DNA of 63,143 nucleotides, counting the filler, from Thraustochytrium aureum (Eukaryota), in the NCBI GenBank assembly GCA_012862495.1. It is 3 parts of one record of this genome, joined end to end, with 100 filler letters (N's around TTAATTAATTAA, not from the genome) between each part and the next. Parts side by side here need not be neighbours in the genome. Positions count along the whole stretch, not along the records: positions 26,854 to 42,402 come from BLSG01000146.1; positions 42,503 to 63,143 come from BLSG01000146.1; 1 more part is not named here. One strand, given 5' to 3'. The notes beneath the pieces are model-generated. The model was given only the letters and a program-made list of their open reading frames with translations, had not been told where the DNA came from and searched no databases. The translations under genes and the position numbers were made by a program. Position 1 is the stretch's first letter. Every line of letters begins with the position of its first letter. Of the stretch, positions 34,649 to 45,246 are shown piece after piece.

Positions 34649-35836
34649 GAAAGCGAGATGCCCAACACACAGTCCGCGTGGGAGCGACGCGTCGTCTGCT
34701 CGCGCGCCCTGCAGCGCATCATCCGCAAGGGCCAGCGCGAAGAGTGGGGCGACTTGGCCTCGTTAGCGCAGATGAGCGCGATGCTGGCGATCCGCTTTGG
34801 CATGAACGAGGTCGTCGAAATGGTTCTTTACGCCCGGGAGACGCTGGAGATCGAGAGCGCCTCCGAGTCCGAGTCCAGCTCGGCCAGCGAGGAGGAGATC
34901 GAGCAGCCGAAGGTCGAGGGGGACGAAGAGGACCACAGCTTTAGCGCAAGCTTGACGTTGGATCATGATGTTCGCTACCCCACTGGCGACGGGGAGTTGT
35001 TGCTCGGCAAAGACGACGTCGCGCGGCTGATGCGCGAATCCATCTTGGAGGGCAACGACGAGTGCGTCAAGCTCATCCTGGAGGCGGAATCCGAGACTGG
35101 CGCCGATGAATCGCGGATCGATCTTGCCAAGCTCAAAGAAGCGATATCCTGCTGCGCCGACACCGGGCGAACAGGCCAATTCGGTAGGCTGCTCCCGGCC
35201 CTCGTCAAAATGGACCCAAGTGCAGTTGACGGCACCACTTCGACCGCTTTTACCCAGTCCGCTGCCTCGGGCAACGCCGAGTTTGCCGCAAACCTCGCTC
35301 GCATGCTGGAGGCCCGCCACACGCGTCGAGAAAACCAGCTCGCCGAGAAGGAGGCCGCAGGGCAGCTCGAGGGCGACGAGCTCACGGCCGCGCGCGAAGC
35401 CTTGGCCTACACTGCGAGCATGATGGAGGCGTCCGCCAAGAATGCGCTCATTGGCGCCGCCAAAGGCGGCTACCTCCGAGTCGTTGAGGCGCTGCTGGCC
35501 ACGCCGCTGCTCCGACGCCTCCCGCAGCAGGACTTTAAGCTCGCGCTCCGGGCCGCGGCAATGAACGGGCATTCGGAGGTGACCGCTTTGCTTGCCACGC
35601 ACCCCGCCGTCGCTTCGGGGGCCATTCTCGACCTCTTCGAAGAAGCCGTGCGTCGTGGCTACGAAGCCTCGGTGCGCGCCTTGCTGCCACTTCGCGTCGT
35701 GGATAAGCGGGCGCTGACGCGCTACAAGCGCGAGGCGTTCAACCGCGAGCAGGAGGAGATCGTCCTCGCCATCGACGCTGCTTTCGACGATGCGCCAGAG
35801 GCCTTGCATGCCGCGCCTGCGACGAAGGCGGAGTAG
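34649..35836 (+). CDS. Ankyrin-repeat protein, 5'-truncated by gap
   Basis: ALIGAAKGGYLRVVEALL, ALRAAAMNGHSEVTALL, AVRRGYEASVRALL. Confidence 0.7.
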   Translation, partial: ESEMPNTQSAWERRVVCSRALQRIIRKGQREEWGDLASLAQMSAMLAIRFGMNEVVEMVLYARETLEIESASESESSSASEEEIEQPKVEGDEEDHSFSASLTLDHDVRYPTGDGELLLGKDDVARLMRESILEGNDECVKLILEAESETGADESRIDLAKLKEAISCCADTGRTGQFGRLLPALVKMDPSAVDGTTSTAFTQSAASGNAEFAANLARMLEARHTRRENQLAEKEAAGQLEGDELTAAREALAYTASMMEASAKNALIGAAKGGYLRVVEALLATPLLRRLPQQDFKLALRAAAMNGHSEVTALLATHPAVASGAILDLFEEAVRRGYEASVRALLPLRVVDKRALTRYKREAFNREQEEIVLAIDAAFDDAPEALHAAPATKAE

Positions 35837-36084
35837 GAGGAAAAGGTGCGGCCAGCCCATGCCGATGCCCGGCGTTCAACTTCCGTTCGAAGGTGGATTG
35901 GCATGGGGACAGCCGGACGGGAAGCACCGCAAAAGGTGTTGGTTCAATAGTACTAGCAAGCAACGTAAAGAAACCGACGTGGAAAGCGCCGCGGGTCCTG
36001 GAGGAGCACAGCGAACGAAAACGAGCGAGCCAACGCGGTACAGGCCGGCCGCAGCTGGCCCGCTCTGCTGCTGGGAGAAGCGGC

Positions 36085-38679
36085 TTACAAGTCCTCCCCG
36101 ATGTCCTCTCCGAGCACGTCAAGCGCGTGTTCGTCCGCCATATGCCGGCCCTCGTCGATCATCTCGTTGATGAGTGAGTCGGGCGTTGCAAGAAGCAGCC
36201 CAAGGAACGGCGTCGAGAGCGCCCCGCCAGGCCCCCCCGAGCGCCGCTTCAAGACATCGATCATGTTGTCGTCGCCGTCGCCGCCCTGGACAGCGGACCG
36301 CACGTCTTCCATCGTCACGAGACGTGACTGCGCTTCCATGTACTTGCGGTCGCGAAGGAACTTGTGAAACCGAGCGCAAAAGGCGGCCCTTTCTCGCTTG
36401 AGGTGTGCCATCAATAGCTCGCGCTTGATGTGCTTGGNNNNNNNNNNNNNNNNNNNNNNNNNNNNNNNNNNNNNNNNNNNNNNNNNNNNNNNNNNNNNNN
36501 NNNNNNNNNNNNNNNNNNNNNNNNNNNNNNNNNNNNNNNNNNNNNNNNNNNNNNNNNNNNNNNNNNNNNNNNNNNNNNNNNNNNNNNNNNNNNNNNNNNN
36601 NNNNNNNNNNNTCAATAACTCGCGCTTGATGTGCTTGGGGACCTTTTTGTGCATGTGGATTCCAAGCTCGACTGCTGCGACAGCAAGCGCCGCGTTGTTC
36701 ATCCCTGACCCGCTCTGCAACTGGGAGGCCGGGCTTCCGGCCGGCTGGCCCCACACGCCATGCCCGCTCATCGTCCCAGATCGGACCAGCGTCGGCCTGC
36801 GAACTAGCAAGTTGGAGCGGCTCGCTTGCGCTTTGCTCAGTCGCCGGTGCCCTCTTGAGCGAGGGCTGTGCTGCGAGCCCTCTACTTCGGCGCCAAACCC
36901 ACCAAGGCCAGCGACCTGGGCGCGTGACGCCTGTCGAGCGATGCCCAGCCCACCGCGGAACGACATCTCGTTGCCGCCCAAGGCCTGCTTTGGCGGCGTC
37001 CCTGGCGTGGCGTTGGAGATCGCGCTCCCACGGCGGCGCGACTCCGCCGCGGCGCCAGCTCCGCGAGGCAAACCTTCAAACTCTTCAGGACGCGATCTAC
37101 GCACCTCAACCAGGGCCGCCGCGCGCTCGCGGCGAATGCGCTCGCGCTCGATTTTGTCCCACTTTAGCGTGAGCACCTTGATGCGCGCCTTGGTGGACTC
37201 CACAAAGTCCCTGTAGTACCGCTGGCAGTTGACGACGCGGTATCGGTAGTTGCGCATCACCTTTTGCAGGTTGGAGTTTTCATACATGGTCAAAAACCAG
37301 TGTATTATCGCCGCGCCCTGCTGGCGCTTGTCCGTGCGGCGCGTGGCCGCGGCCATTCGAGCGAATCGCCTCATCACGCGTATCGCGTTTCGAAACTCGA
37401 GTCCGTTTTGCGCCCGCCGCGTCCGCTTCCACCGCCGCTGAATGATCGACGCAGAGTGCGACTGCAGCCGCCGCTCTGCCGCCTCAAAGCGCACTTCGCC
37501 CAAGCGCTCCTCCAGCGTCACTGCAGCGTTGACGGCAAGGATCAGCGGGAACAGCAGGTTGTGGATGCGCGTCGCGCGCTCGGTGCGCCGCTTCTGCTCG
37601 GCCTCGACTTCCTTTTTGTTGATGATCAGCCCGACGCGCTCGAGCCGTTCGCGGTCCTGGCGCGCACGCCGTGATTGCACTGTGCTGAGCCGCTCCTCGA
37701 GCGCGGCTGCGCGCTCGCGGATCTTGAGTTGCATGGCCCGACCGCTGTGGTTCTCGCCTGGCGGGTGCGGCCAGAGCGCGTACAGTTCGATCTTGGCGTC
37801 GATCGACTCTGTGGCCTCAATCTTTTGGCGCAGACGAGCGACATCCTCCCAGTGCTCCGAGCACGCCGCTCTATCGTCGCAGAGCCACTTGTTCTCAACG
37901 ATGATGTTGCGCGTCCCGCTCTTCCGCCTTGCGCGCCGTTGCTCCTCAACGCGGCGCCACAGCTCTTTGAGCTCGGCCGGGTCGTTTCGGAGCTTGGCGC
38001 AGGCCGCAGCAACGCGGCGCGCTGCGCCTCCGCAGGCGCGGTCTTGCAGCTCGGACTCCTCTCTGCTAGAAGACACGGTGGCGCCAGGGCCTGCGAGAGG
38101 GAGGTCGGCGCCGAACATGTCGTTGAGAGCCAGGGCGGTTTCCCCGCTCCCAGGCCCAGATCCATCGTCTAGGGCAAGCGAGCGCTGCGTATTTTGGCGT
38201 AGCGCTCCTTCTGGCGGGCTCTGGTTGCCGCTTCGTCGTTCGTTCGACGAGTTGCGCGATTCGGCGGCGCTGGACTGAAAAGAGCTCGCCATTCCGAGGT
38301 CGCTGTTGTTTTGACGCGCGTCGCCGTCCAGCGTTGACCCAATATCTGCAGCTGCCTTTGTTTCCAGGAAGCCCCGTGTGGCAAGGCCATGCGCAGCGCC
38401 CGCCGTGCGCGCGATGCGTGGGGCGCGCAGCTCTGCCTCCTTGAGCAGGACGCTCCTTGTAACAGAGCTGCTGCTCCAGCACTTTGGCTGCTCCAAAATA
38501 CTGCCGGCCTTGCCGCCCCATTTCGGGAGCAGCTGCTCGTGGTACCCTGCGCGTACGTTTGTGAGCAGCTCAAAGTCCGTTCCGCCTTGACCGCGCTTTT
38601 TCAAGCCCGTCCCGCTCGAGGTCCTCCTCCCGCTGCTGCGGCCGCGGCCGCGCTGGCTGCCTCGCTTGGCATCCGCCAT
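36085..38679 (-). CDS. Hypothetical IQ-motif/coiled-coil protein
   Basis: Long ORF from MADAKRG; SASIIQRRWKR and VVNCQRYYR IQ-like motifs. Confidence 0.6.
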   Translation of the reverse strand: MADAKRGSQRGRGRSSGRRTSSGTGLKKRGQGGTDFELLTNVRAGYHEQLLPKWGGKAGSILEQPKCWSSSSVTRSVLLKEAELRAPRIARTAGAAHGLATRGFLETKAAADIGSTLDGDARQNNSDLGMASSFQSSAAESRNSSNERRSGNQSPPEGALRQNTQRSLALDDGSGPGSGETALALNDMFGADLPLAGPGATVSSSREESELQDRACGGAARRVAAACAKLRNDPAELKELWRRVEEQRRARRKSGTRNIIVENKWLCDDRAACSEHWEDVARLRQKIEATESIDAKIELYALWPHPPGENHSGRAMQLKIRERAAALEERLSTVQSRRARQDRERLERVGLIINKKEVEAEQKRRTERATRIHNLLFPLILAVNAAVTLEERLGEVRFEAAERRLQSHSASIIQRRWKRTRRAQNGLEFRNAIRVMRRFARMAAATRRTDKRQQGAAIIHWFLTMYENSNLQKVMRNYRYRVVNCQRYYRDFVESTKARIKVLTLKWDKIERERIRRERAAALVEVRRSRPEEFEGLPRGAGAAAESRRRGSAISNATPGTPPKQALGGNEMSFRGGLGIARQASRAQVAGLGGFGAEVEGSQHSPRSRGHRRLSKAQASRSNLLVRRPTLVRSGTMSGHGVWGQPAGSPASQLQSGSGMNNAALAVAAVELGIHMHKKVPKHIKRELLXXXXXXXXXXXXXXXXXXXXXXXXXXXXXXXXXXXXXXXXXXXXXXXXXXXXXXXXXXXKHIKRELLMAHLKRERAAFCARFHKFLRDRKYMEAQSRLVTMEDVRSAVQGGDGDDNMIDVLKRRSGGPGGALSTPFLGLLLATPDSLINEMIDEGRHMADEHALDVLGEDIGEDL

Positions 38680-39192
38680 GTCCGGCTCGCGGCGCCGTGG
38701 CGGTGCTCGCGTCCGAGAGTTGAGAATTGCGTGCTGCACATCTCCGCAAGGCTTTCCACGCCAGCCCGGACTCGTCACGGTGCGCTTGCAGTGACGACCG
38801 GGTCATCGATATTGCGGAAACGGATCTAACGGATCTGCCTGCTGCGCTCACGATAGGTACTCTCTACTTACTTACCTACGACTCGTTTGCAGGAAGGAAG
38901 GCTCGGCAGCGCTGCACTCGCCTGCTCGCTGCTCGAGCGAGCTGCAGAGTCTCCTGGCGCGCATGCCATGTCGATGTGGAATGCAGTCTCGTGCGCGTGA
39001 ATTTCGGGCCAACCCCCGATCGCCACCGCGGGCCGCCTGAAACATGAAATAGTCTCAATCAACAGCAGTACTGCGTAAAGACCATGATCACGTTGCTTGC
39101 TTGCACACGCCCGCGGAGTTGTCTTCGAGGCAGCGACTTGACTTGCCCGTAGAGCACCCTGTTCCAAGTTGGTTGAAAAACATCAACGCCGA

Positions 39193-39236
39193 TGCCGCAA
39201 TTCTGCCGCAATTCTGCCGCAATTCTGCCGCAATTC
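39193..39236. repeat. 11-bp tandem repeat x4 (tgccgcaattc)
   Basis: Read directly. Confidence 0.9.
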
Positions 39237-39678
39237 AAGGAAGGAAGCCCAAAGAGCGCAGCCGCAGCGCGAGCAGCCGAGCCCGCGTGAGCACAAAGCT
39301 GCGGGGGCGGAAGCACGCCTCCGCAAGCGCAACCACCGGGCGCCCCCGCCGAACAGCAATGCCAAGCAACTCGGCCTTCCCAGTCGCGAGGCGGGTGACC
39401 TTCCAACACGTCGCACATCCGGCGTGCCCGCGGCCAGGGCCCGTTGCTGGCCCAGTCGGCGGAGGCGGCTCCGCTGCGGCGGAGGCCGTGCCATCGCAGC
39501 GTTCGCAGCAGCATCTGTTGCTCCTCGGGCTCGATGTTCTTGGAAGTCCACCGACATGGAGCGCCAGCGAGCACGAGTTTTGAGCCAAGTCGGCTCCGTG
39601 AGACGCAGAGTGCGAAGACGAACTGGCGTCGAGTGGCGCGGGCCGCGCAGGCGCCGATGAGATAGATTCTCTAGATAG

Positions 39679-40896
39679 ATGGCAGCGCACGCACGCACGC
39701 GTGCCCGGGCAGTCGGGGCTGCGCTGATCTGCATCCTGGCTGCGGTGCATTACGTTGCGTTTCGCGAGGCGACGGTCAAGCTGTTTGTCGAGGTGGATGG
39801 CGATGTCCAGGCAGGGGACGTCGTGGAGGAGCTCGTCGAGCCGCTGGAGAGCAGCTGGAAGAGGTCGAGGGAGGAATTGGATATGGAGGATGCTCGGGCG
39901 GTCAGGGCGTTTGTCGCGCGGTCTGCGGAGGAGGCGCTGCAGCGGCTCGAGCGGGAGCCCATTCCGTGCATTCCGGCGGTGTGCGAGTCGCCGATTCACT
40001 TTCGCGACAGGGGAGACGGGGAGCAGTCGTTCATCATAGCAAGCGTGCCGGGGTCGGGAAACACGTGGATGCGCACGATTATGCGGTACGGCACTCGCCT
40101 GTACACCGGGTCAATATACAAAGACTCGAGCTTGGTGCGAGCTGGGTTCAAGGGCGAGCCGCTCAAGCCGCAAGACCGGCGGACTGCTTTGGTGAAAAGC
40201 CACTTTCCTGCCAATCCAACGAGCCAGCCGCCGATCGCGTGGGCGAACGGCGCCGTTCACATAATTCGTGCGCCCTTTGACGCGCATGTCGCAGACTGCA
40301 ATCGGTACTATGGACACGGCCACACGCAAGTGCTCGGGCCGAAACGGCTGTCGAATTGTGTCCAATTCGCGATGCGCAAATCGCGCGGCTGGCGCAAGTC
40401 GATGCGCTTCTACGAGCGCCCCGTGTCCTCCGACCCGGACGCTGCGGGGCCAGAGGCCGCAATGCGATCGCGCAGCAGCATCGTCTACATCAGGTACCTT
40501 GACAAGAACGTGACGGGCGGCCGTGATTTCCCGGTCATCTCGATGTTCTACGAGGACTTTGTGCGCGACTTTACGCGCGCTACGGCCCACTTGTTTGCGG
40601 CTCTGGCTTTGTACTTTCCTGGGCAGTTTCCGAGTATTTACGAGTCGGTCTTGTGCGTGGCGCATGCGGCTGCGAAGCTCGAAAGGGCGTACCGCAAGCC
40701 ACGGGCGAGATCGCAGCAAAATATTTTCCGAAACGAGACGCACACTCACGAGTTCGCTCGCTCGATGTGCGCGGACAAATATGCAGAGTTTTGGAACGAG
40801 GAGCGGTGGGGCCCGTGCGATGGAACATTGCAGAGGGACCGCGCCGTGCCGGTCGCTCAGCGACTGGAGCTACCCGACGCCGTTTGCACCACGTAG
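39679..40896 (+). CDS. Type II membrane sulfotransferase (WSCD1/2-like catalytic domain)
   Basis: N-terminal signal anchor; ASVPGSGNTWMR PAPS-binding loop, YTGSIY, LVKSHFP, IIRAPFDA, FYEDF. Confidence 0.8.
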   Translation: MAAHARTRARAVGAALICILAAVHYVAFREATVKLFVEVDGDVQAGDVVEELVEPLESSWKRSREELDMEDARAVRAFVARSAEEALQRLEREPIPCIPAVCESPIHFRDRGDGEQSFIIASVPGSGNTWMRTIMRYGTRLYTGSIYKDSSLVRAGFKGEPLKPQDRRTALVKSHFPANPTSQPPIAWANGAVHIIRAPFDAHVADCNRYYGHGHTQVLGPKRLSNCVQFAMRKSRGWRKSMRFYERPVSSDPDAAGPEAAMRSRSSIVYIRYLDKNVTGGRDFPVISMFYEDFVRDFTRATAHLFAALALYFPGQFPSIYESVLCVAHAAAKLERAYRKPRARSQQNIFRNETHTHEFARSMCADKYAEFWNEERWGPCDGTLQRDRAVPVAQRLELPDAVCTT

Positions 40897-41128
40897 AGCG
40901 TCGCTCGCGCCAGGCGGGCGCGCGATGCGGGGATTAAACCCGACGCAAGTGCTACTGGGGCACGCACCGCGGTGAGCCGCAGGGGACGTGCGCCGCAAGA
41001 CTTGACCGAATCCGTTTGACCACGGCCGACCACGGCTGCTGCCAATCCTGCTCTACTAGTTTGGCGCAGCCGTCCCCGCGGCAGCTCCTGCGGCGACATG
41101 GAGGGAGGATTGGGGCCGACGTAGCCAC

Positions 41129-42391
41129 TCAAGCGCAGGGCGGAAACTCCGCAGTCGGCAGAGCCATGGCGACGGGCTGCGGTCCTGCGACTCGCTCGTG
41201 CTGCAAGGTTCCGTCGCACTCGCCCCACCTGGACTCGTCCCAGTACTGCCCAAACTGCTCGCAGAGCGTCATGGTGAGCTCTGTGGGTCGGCCGAGCTCG
41301 TCTCGGAAGAGCCCCACGAGGGCACTGGACCGCAGCTTGCCGACGCGACGGAGCGCTTCCATGGCGCGCCGCTCCGCTAAGACGCACGCCAGCCCGTCGC
41401 GCACGGGCAAAGCCTGGTCGCCAAGCCAGGCCTTGGCGAATGCGAGGATGCGGAATACCGTGCGCTCAAAGCTGGCGACTAGGTCCTCGTAGTAGACTGT
41501 GCCCACCAAGAAGCTCGCGGGGCCGCGCGGGCCCCCGCGCACCATTCTAACTTGCAGAACGTCGCTGGAGGGTTCGCGCCGGGGCGAACCCGCCCCGAGC
41601 CAGAACGCGGCAAACTCGGCCCACCTCGCGCCCGCCTCGAACGAAACGATCTGGTCTCTGCAGCGCTGCACGAGCGAGGTATTTCCGCTGACGGAATCAA
41701 CGTGGGAGCGCGTGAGCACCCGTTGGCACTCTGCGAGGAGCGCGTCGAACGGGGCGCGAAGGATGACCAGGGCCCCGCTTGCCCAGGGCCTGGGGAAGCG
41801 CTTGGCGAGTCGGTGATATGGAAAGTGGGTTTTTACGAACACTGTGCGCGGGTCGGAGGGCGCGAGGGCCTCGCCCCGCATGCCCAAGCGCTCCAAACCT
41901 GCGTCTCGGAACGTCGACCCGGTGTACCTGCGCGTGCCCGCCTGGAGGACGTTGCGCAGCCAAGTGTTCCCCGAGCCTGGGGCACTTGCTAGGTAGACTT
42001 TGGCCCAGTTTCCCTTTGGCATGCCCCTCGGGGCCCGCCTGCACGCCTCAGGCGCACATTGCGGGCCGCTGCCCGCCGCCCAGGCTTGTGCCGCGATGAC
42101 CGCGTAGGCCTCCATCACCGACGACGCCAGACTCGGTCGCCCGCGTTCATGGCCGCGCTGCCCTGGCAGCTCTCGCGCGCTCGGAAACCGAACAGCTATG
42201 CCGCACAACGCAGCAAAAACGCACAGCCACAGCCCAACGCGCGCCCACTTGCACCCCTCCCATGCGCCAACCCCTGCACGTCCATGCGCGGTGCGCCGTG
42301 CGGCACATCGCGCACCAACTCGAAGGGGTCCACATGGGTCCAAATGACTCCAAACAACCCCGACCAAAACCAAACCACAACACAACATCAC
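41129..42391 (-). CDS. Second WSCD-like sulfotransferase (start uncertain, possibly ~42263)
   Basis: LASAPGSGNTWLR, YTGSTF, FVKTHFP, ILRAPFDA, YYEDL; hydrophobic anchor VGLWLCVFAALCGIAV. Confidence 0.8.
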   Translation of the reverse strand: MMLCCGLVLVGVVWSHLDPCGPLRVGARCAARRTAHGRAGVGAWEGCKWARVGLWLCVFAALCGIAVRFPSARELPGQRGHERGRPSLASSVMEAYAVIAAQAWAAGSGPQCAPEACRRAPRGMPKGNWAKVYLASAPGSGNTWLRNVLQAGTRRYTGSTFRDAGLERLGMRGEALAPSDPRTVFVKTHFPYHRLAKRFPRPWASGALVILRAPFDALLAECQRVLTRSHVDSVSGNTSLVQRCRDQIVSFEAGARWAEFAAFWLGAGSPRREPSSDVLQVRMVRGGPRGPASFLVGTVYYEDLVASFERTVFRILAFAKAWLGDQALPVRDGLACVLAERRAMEALRRVGKLRSSALVGLFRDELGRPTELTMTLCEQFGQYWDESRWGECDGTLQHERVAGPQPVAMALPTAEFPPCA

Positions 42392-42402
42392 TTTTCCCAG
42401 AG

Positions 42403-42502
42403 NNNNNNNNNNNNNNNNNNNNNNNNNNNNNNNNNNNNNNNNNNNNTTAATTAATTAANNNNNNNNNNNNNNNNNNNNNNNNNNNNNNNNNNNNNNNNNN
42501 NN
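42403..42502. other. Artificial scaffold linker N44-TTAATTAATTAA-N44
   Basis: Same as 26754-26853. Confidence 0.95.
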
Positions 42503-43016
42503 CTCTTGGAGGTTTCTGTTCGCGTGTTGTGGGCTCCGAGGGGCGCGAGCTCGCTCTTTTTTGGTGGGTTTTCGGTGTTTTTTCAACTTTTTCGGGCTTG
42601 GAGAAGCTACGAGCGTGGAGGAGCGGAGGGCGACGGAGAGGAGCGCAGGGAGGGGCGGCCTCACGCGGCGCGGCTGGCTCTTGAGCAAGGATCGCTTGCT
42701 GTAGAGCCAAGGGTTCGCGCGGATTCGCTGGATTCGCGGGAGGCGTTGTGATAGAGCGGGTGTGGTCAAGAGTGGTCGCGGATGTGTGGAGGCGGGGAGG
42801 CACCAGGGAGGGCAGCGCTCTTTGTCCAGAGGCGGTGTGAAACGAATCTCCTGCGTGCGAGGGCCGGCAGGGGTCCCGTAGGAGATGGACGCGCGCAGGC
42901 GAGGCGCGGCTGGCGGAGGGAGGAAAGCGGAATCAGGCTCCGCGTTGGTGGAGATTCGCACGGCGCATCTTTGGCCCAACGCGAAGCTCGAGCATTCCCG
43001 GCCGACGAGACGATGA

Positions 43017-43108
43017 GCTCGAGGCACCCGCTTCGCTCGAGGCACCCCCGCTTCGCTCGAGGCACCCGCTTCGCTCGAGGCACCCGCTTCGCTCGAGGCA
43101 CCCGCTTC
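43017..43108. repeat. 18-bp tandem repeat (gctcgaggcacccgcttc), ~5 copies running into a gap
   Basis: Read directly. Confidence 0.9.
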
Positions 43109-43499
43109 NNNNNNNNNNNNNNNNNNNNNNNNNNNNNNNNNNNNNNNNNNNNNNNNNNNNNNNNNNNNNNNNNNNNNNNNNNNNNNNNNNNNNNNNNNNN
43201 NNNNNNNNNNNNNNNNNNNNNNNNNNNNNNNNNNNNNNNNNNNNNNNNNNNNNNNNNNNNNNNNNNNNNNNNNNNNNNNNNNNNNNNNNNNNNNNNNNNN
43301 NNNNNNNNNNNNNNNNNNNNNNNNNNNNNNNNNNNNNNNNNNNNNNNNNNNNNNNNNNNNNNNNNNNNNNNNNNNNNNNNNNNNNNNNNNNNNNNNNNNN
43401 NNNNNNNNNNNNNNNNNNNNNNNNNNNNNNNNNNNNNNNNNNNNNNNNNNNNNNNNNNNNNNNNNNNNNNNNNNNNNNNNNNNNNNNNNNNNNNNNNNN

Positions 43500-45014
43500 C
43501 TTGGCCTCGAGCTGGTTGATGGAGGCGCGCAGCTTGGCAGCCATCTCGGTCTGGCGCGAAAGGTCGCGCACGATGCCGTCTAGCGTGGCACCTCCGCGTC
43601 GGATCAGGAACAACTCGCGGAGCGCGCCGTCCCCGAGCGCCTGCTGAATACCACGTATTGCCTCGAGTGCGCTGCGAAGAGCCGCGGCCGGGTAGCGACG
43701 GACCACCTCCGGGGGCGACCTGCAGCCCGTACAGGGCGTCGATGGCCGACCCACTCGACTCTTGCAGGCGTTGGCCCAAAAACGCCTCGAGCTCCAGCAG
43801 ATCTTGGCGCAGCGCCTCGCGAGTCTCGGGGTCGAGCAGGGTGCCTCGCTCAGAGCCGGCGCGCTCAGCCTCTCGGCCGTCGGCGTCGGCGCTGTTGTCT
43901 CTCGCGGGATCTTGCGCGTTGCCCGCCCAGCTGTCCAGCGGGCTCCAGTCTATCTCGGCTACGTCGTCAGCCGCGGCGCCGCCCGCCTCGACGGCGCCGC
44001 CCTCGCTGCTGCTGCTGCTGCCCACCCTCTCTGGCAAGGGCGACTTCAGCTCCGCGGCCAGAGCGGCAAGGTCTGCGCTGAGCTCGAACCCCTCGTCGCC
44101 GTTGGCGGCCCGCCCCAGTCGATTTCCACTACCTCATAATCGCCAGCGCCGCCGCCCGCAGACGCCGCCGCGCCGAGCGCGCCATGCTGGGCGTCGAGCG
44201 GAGCGCCCTCAAAGCTGAGTCGGCGCAGAGTGGCAACGAGACTTGAATGGTCCAAACGAGGACTTTGCGGCCGAGCTGCGGCCGCTCTTCTGGAGCGCAA
44301 AAGCAACAAAGTCGCCGTAGTAGCTGATCGCGTCTCGAACCTGGTCGCTCTGGAGGCGCAACAGGATCGCATTTAGGCGCGCCGGGAGCTGGACGCACAG
44401 CCCGGCGAGCTCCGCGCGCAGGTCGGCGCCCTGGATGCCCCGCTTGCTGCAGTTCATGTTGAACGCGTTGAGGTGGTCTTTGATGGTCTGCTGCTGCCGC
44501 GCAATGGCGCGGCGAATGTCTGACGTCTCTTTGGCGCAGGCCAGAATCCTTGCACGGACGAACGGGATCTCCCAATTCATCTCCCGCTCGATCTGGCGCG
44601 CGCCTTCCACCAAGAGGGCGCCGTCGCGCTCGTACTCGCTGACAATATCCGCCCAAGTTTTCAACGTGGCATCCTTGTACTGCCCGAGCCAGTTGCGGAC
44701 TCCCTCGCCGGCTTGCGCCTCGAGCAGCTCGAGCACGCGGACACAGTCAAAGTAGTTGAGCGAGCGCGCCTCGCGGAGCTCGCTCAGCCGCGCGGCGCCG
44801 CTGATCTCCCGCTCGTCCCCCGCGTCAGGTAGCGCCTCCTGCGCCGCCTTGCTCCTGCTCTGGAGCTCCTCAGCGCAGCCTGCGCCACTGCCGGCCCCTT
44901 GGCGGCGAATCGCCCTGCGAGCTGGTCGTTGCCGGCGACGAACGCCTCGAGCTTGGCAAAGTGGACGTCCACGGGGGTCGTCGGCGCTGCTTTGCTGCTC
45001 GTGAAGAGCCGCAT
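43500..45014 (-). CDS. CDK5RAP3: CDK5RAP3/C53 (UFMylation adaptor / ER-phagy receptor); several frameshifts, 3' end in gap
   Basis: PVDVHFAKL, LNYFDCVRVLELL..NWLGQY..WADIVSEYERD, NWEIP, EIDWG, TLLDPETR..DLLELEAFLGQRL, spread over several frames. Confidence 0.8.
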
Positions 45015-45246
45015 TGCGCGGGCGCGCTGCGCGGTTGACAACGAGGCGCGCGCTCGGGGACTGCTGCAAGGAATCAACAATCGATCATGAAATCAGACCA
45101 GATGAAAGAAACGCGGGTTTTATGGTGAGAGACCGACCCAACACGTGCGCCCTCCAGCAGCCCCGCCAGCCAGCCAGCCAGCCTGCCTGCCTGCGAGGTC
45201 GACGGCTGGGGAGCTTGGTTTTTATAAATGGGTTGGCTCTTGCAGG

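Noticed and set aside
43017..43108. Short tandem repeats (also 39193, 61433, 62216) as CRISPR arrays
   Set aside because: No unique spacers, no cas genes, eukaryotic context
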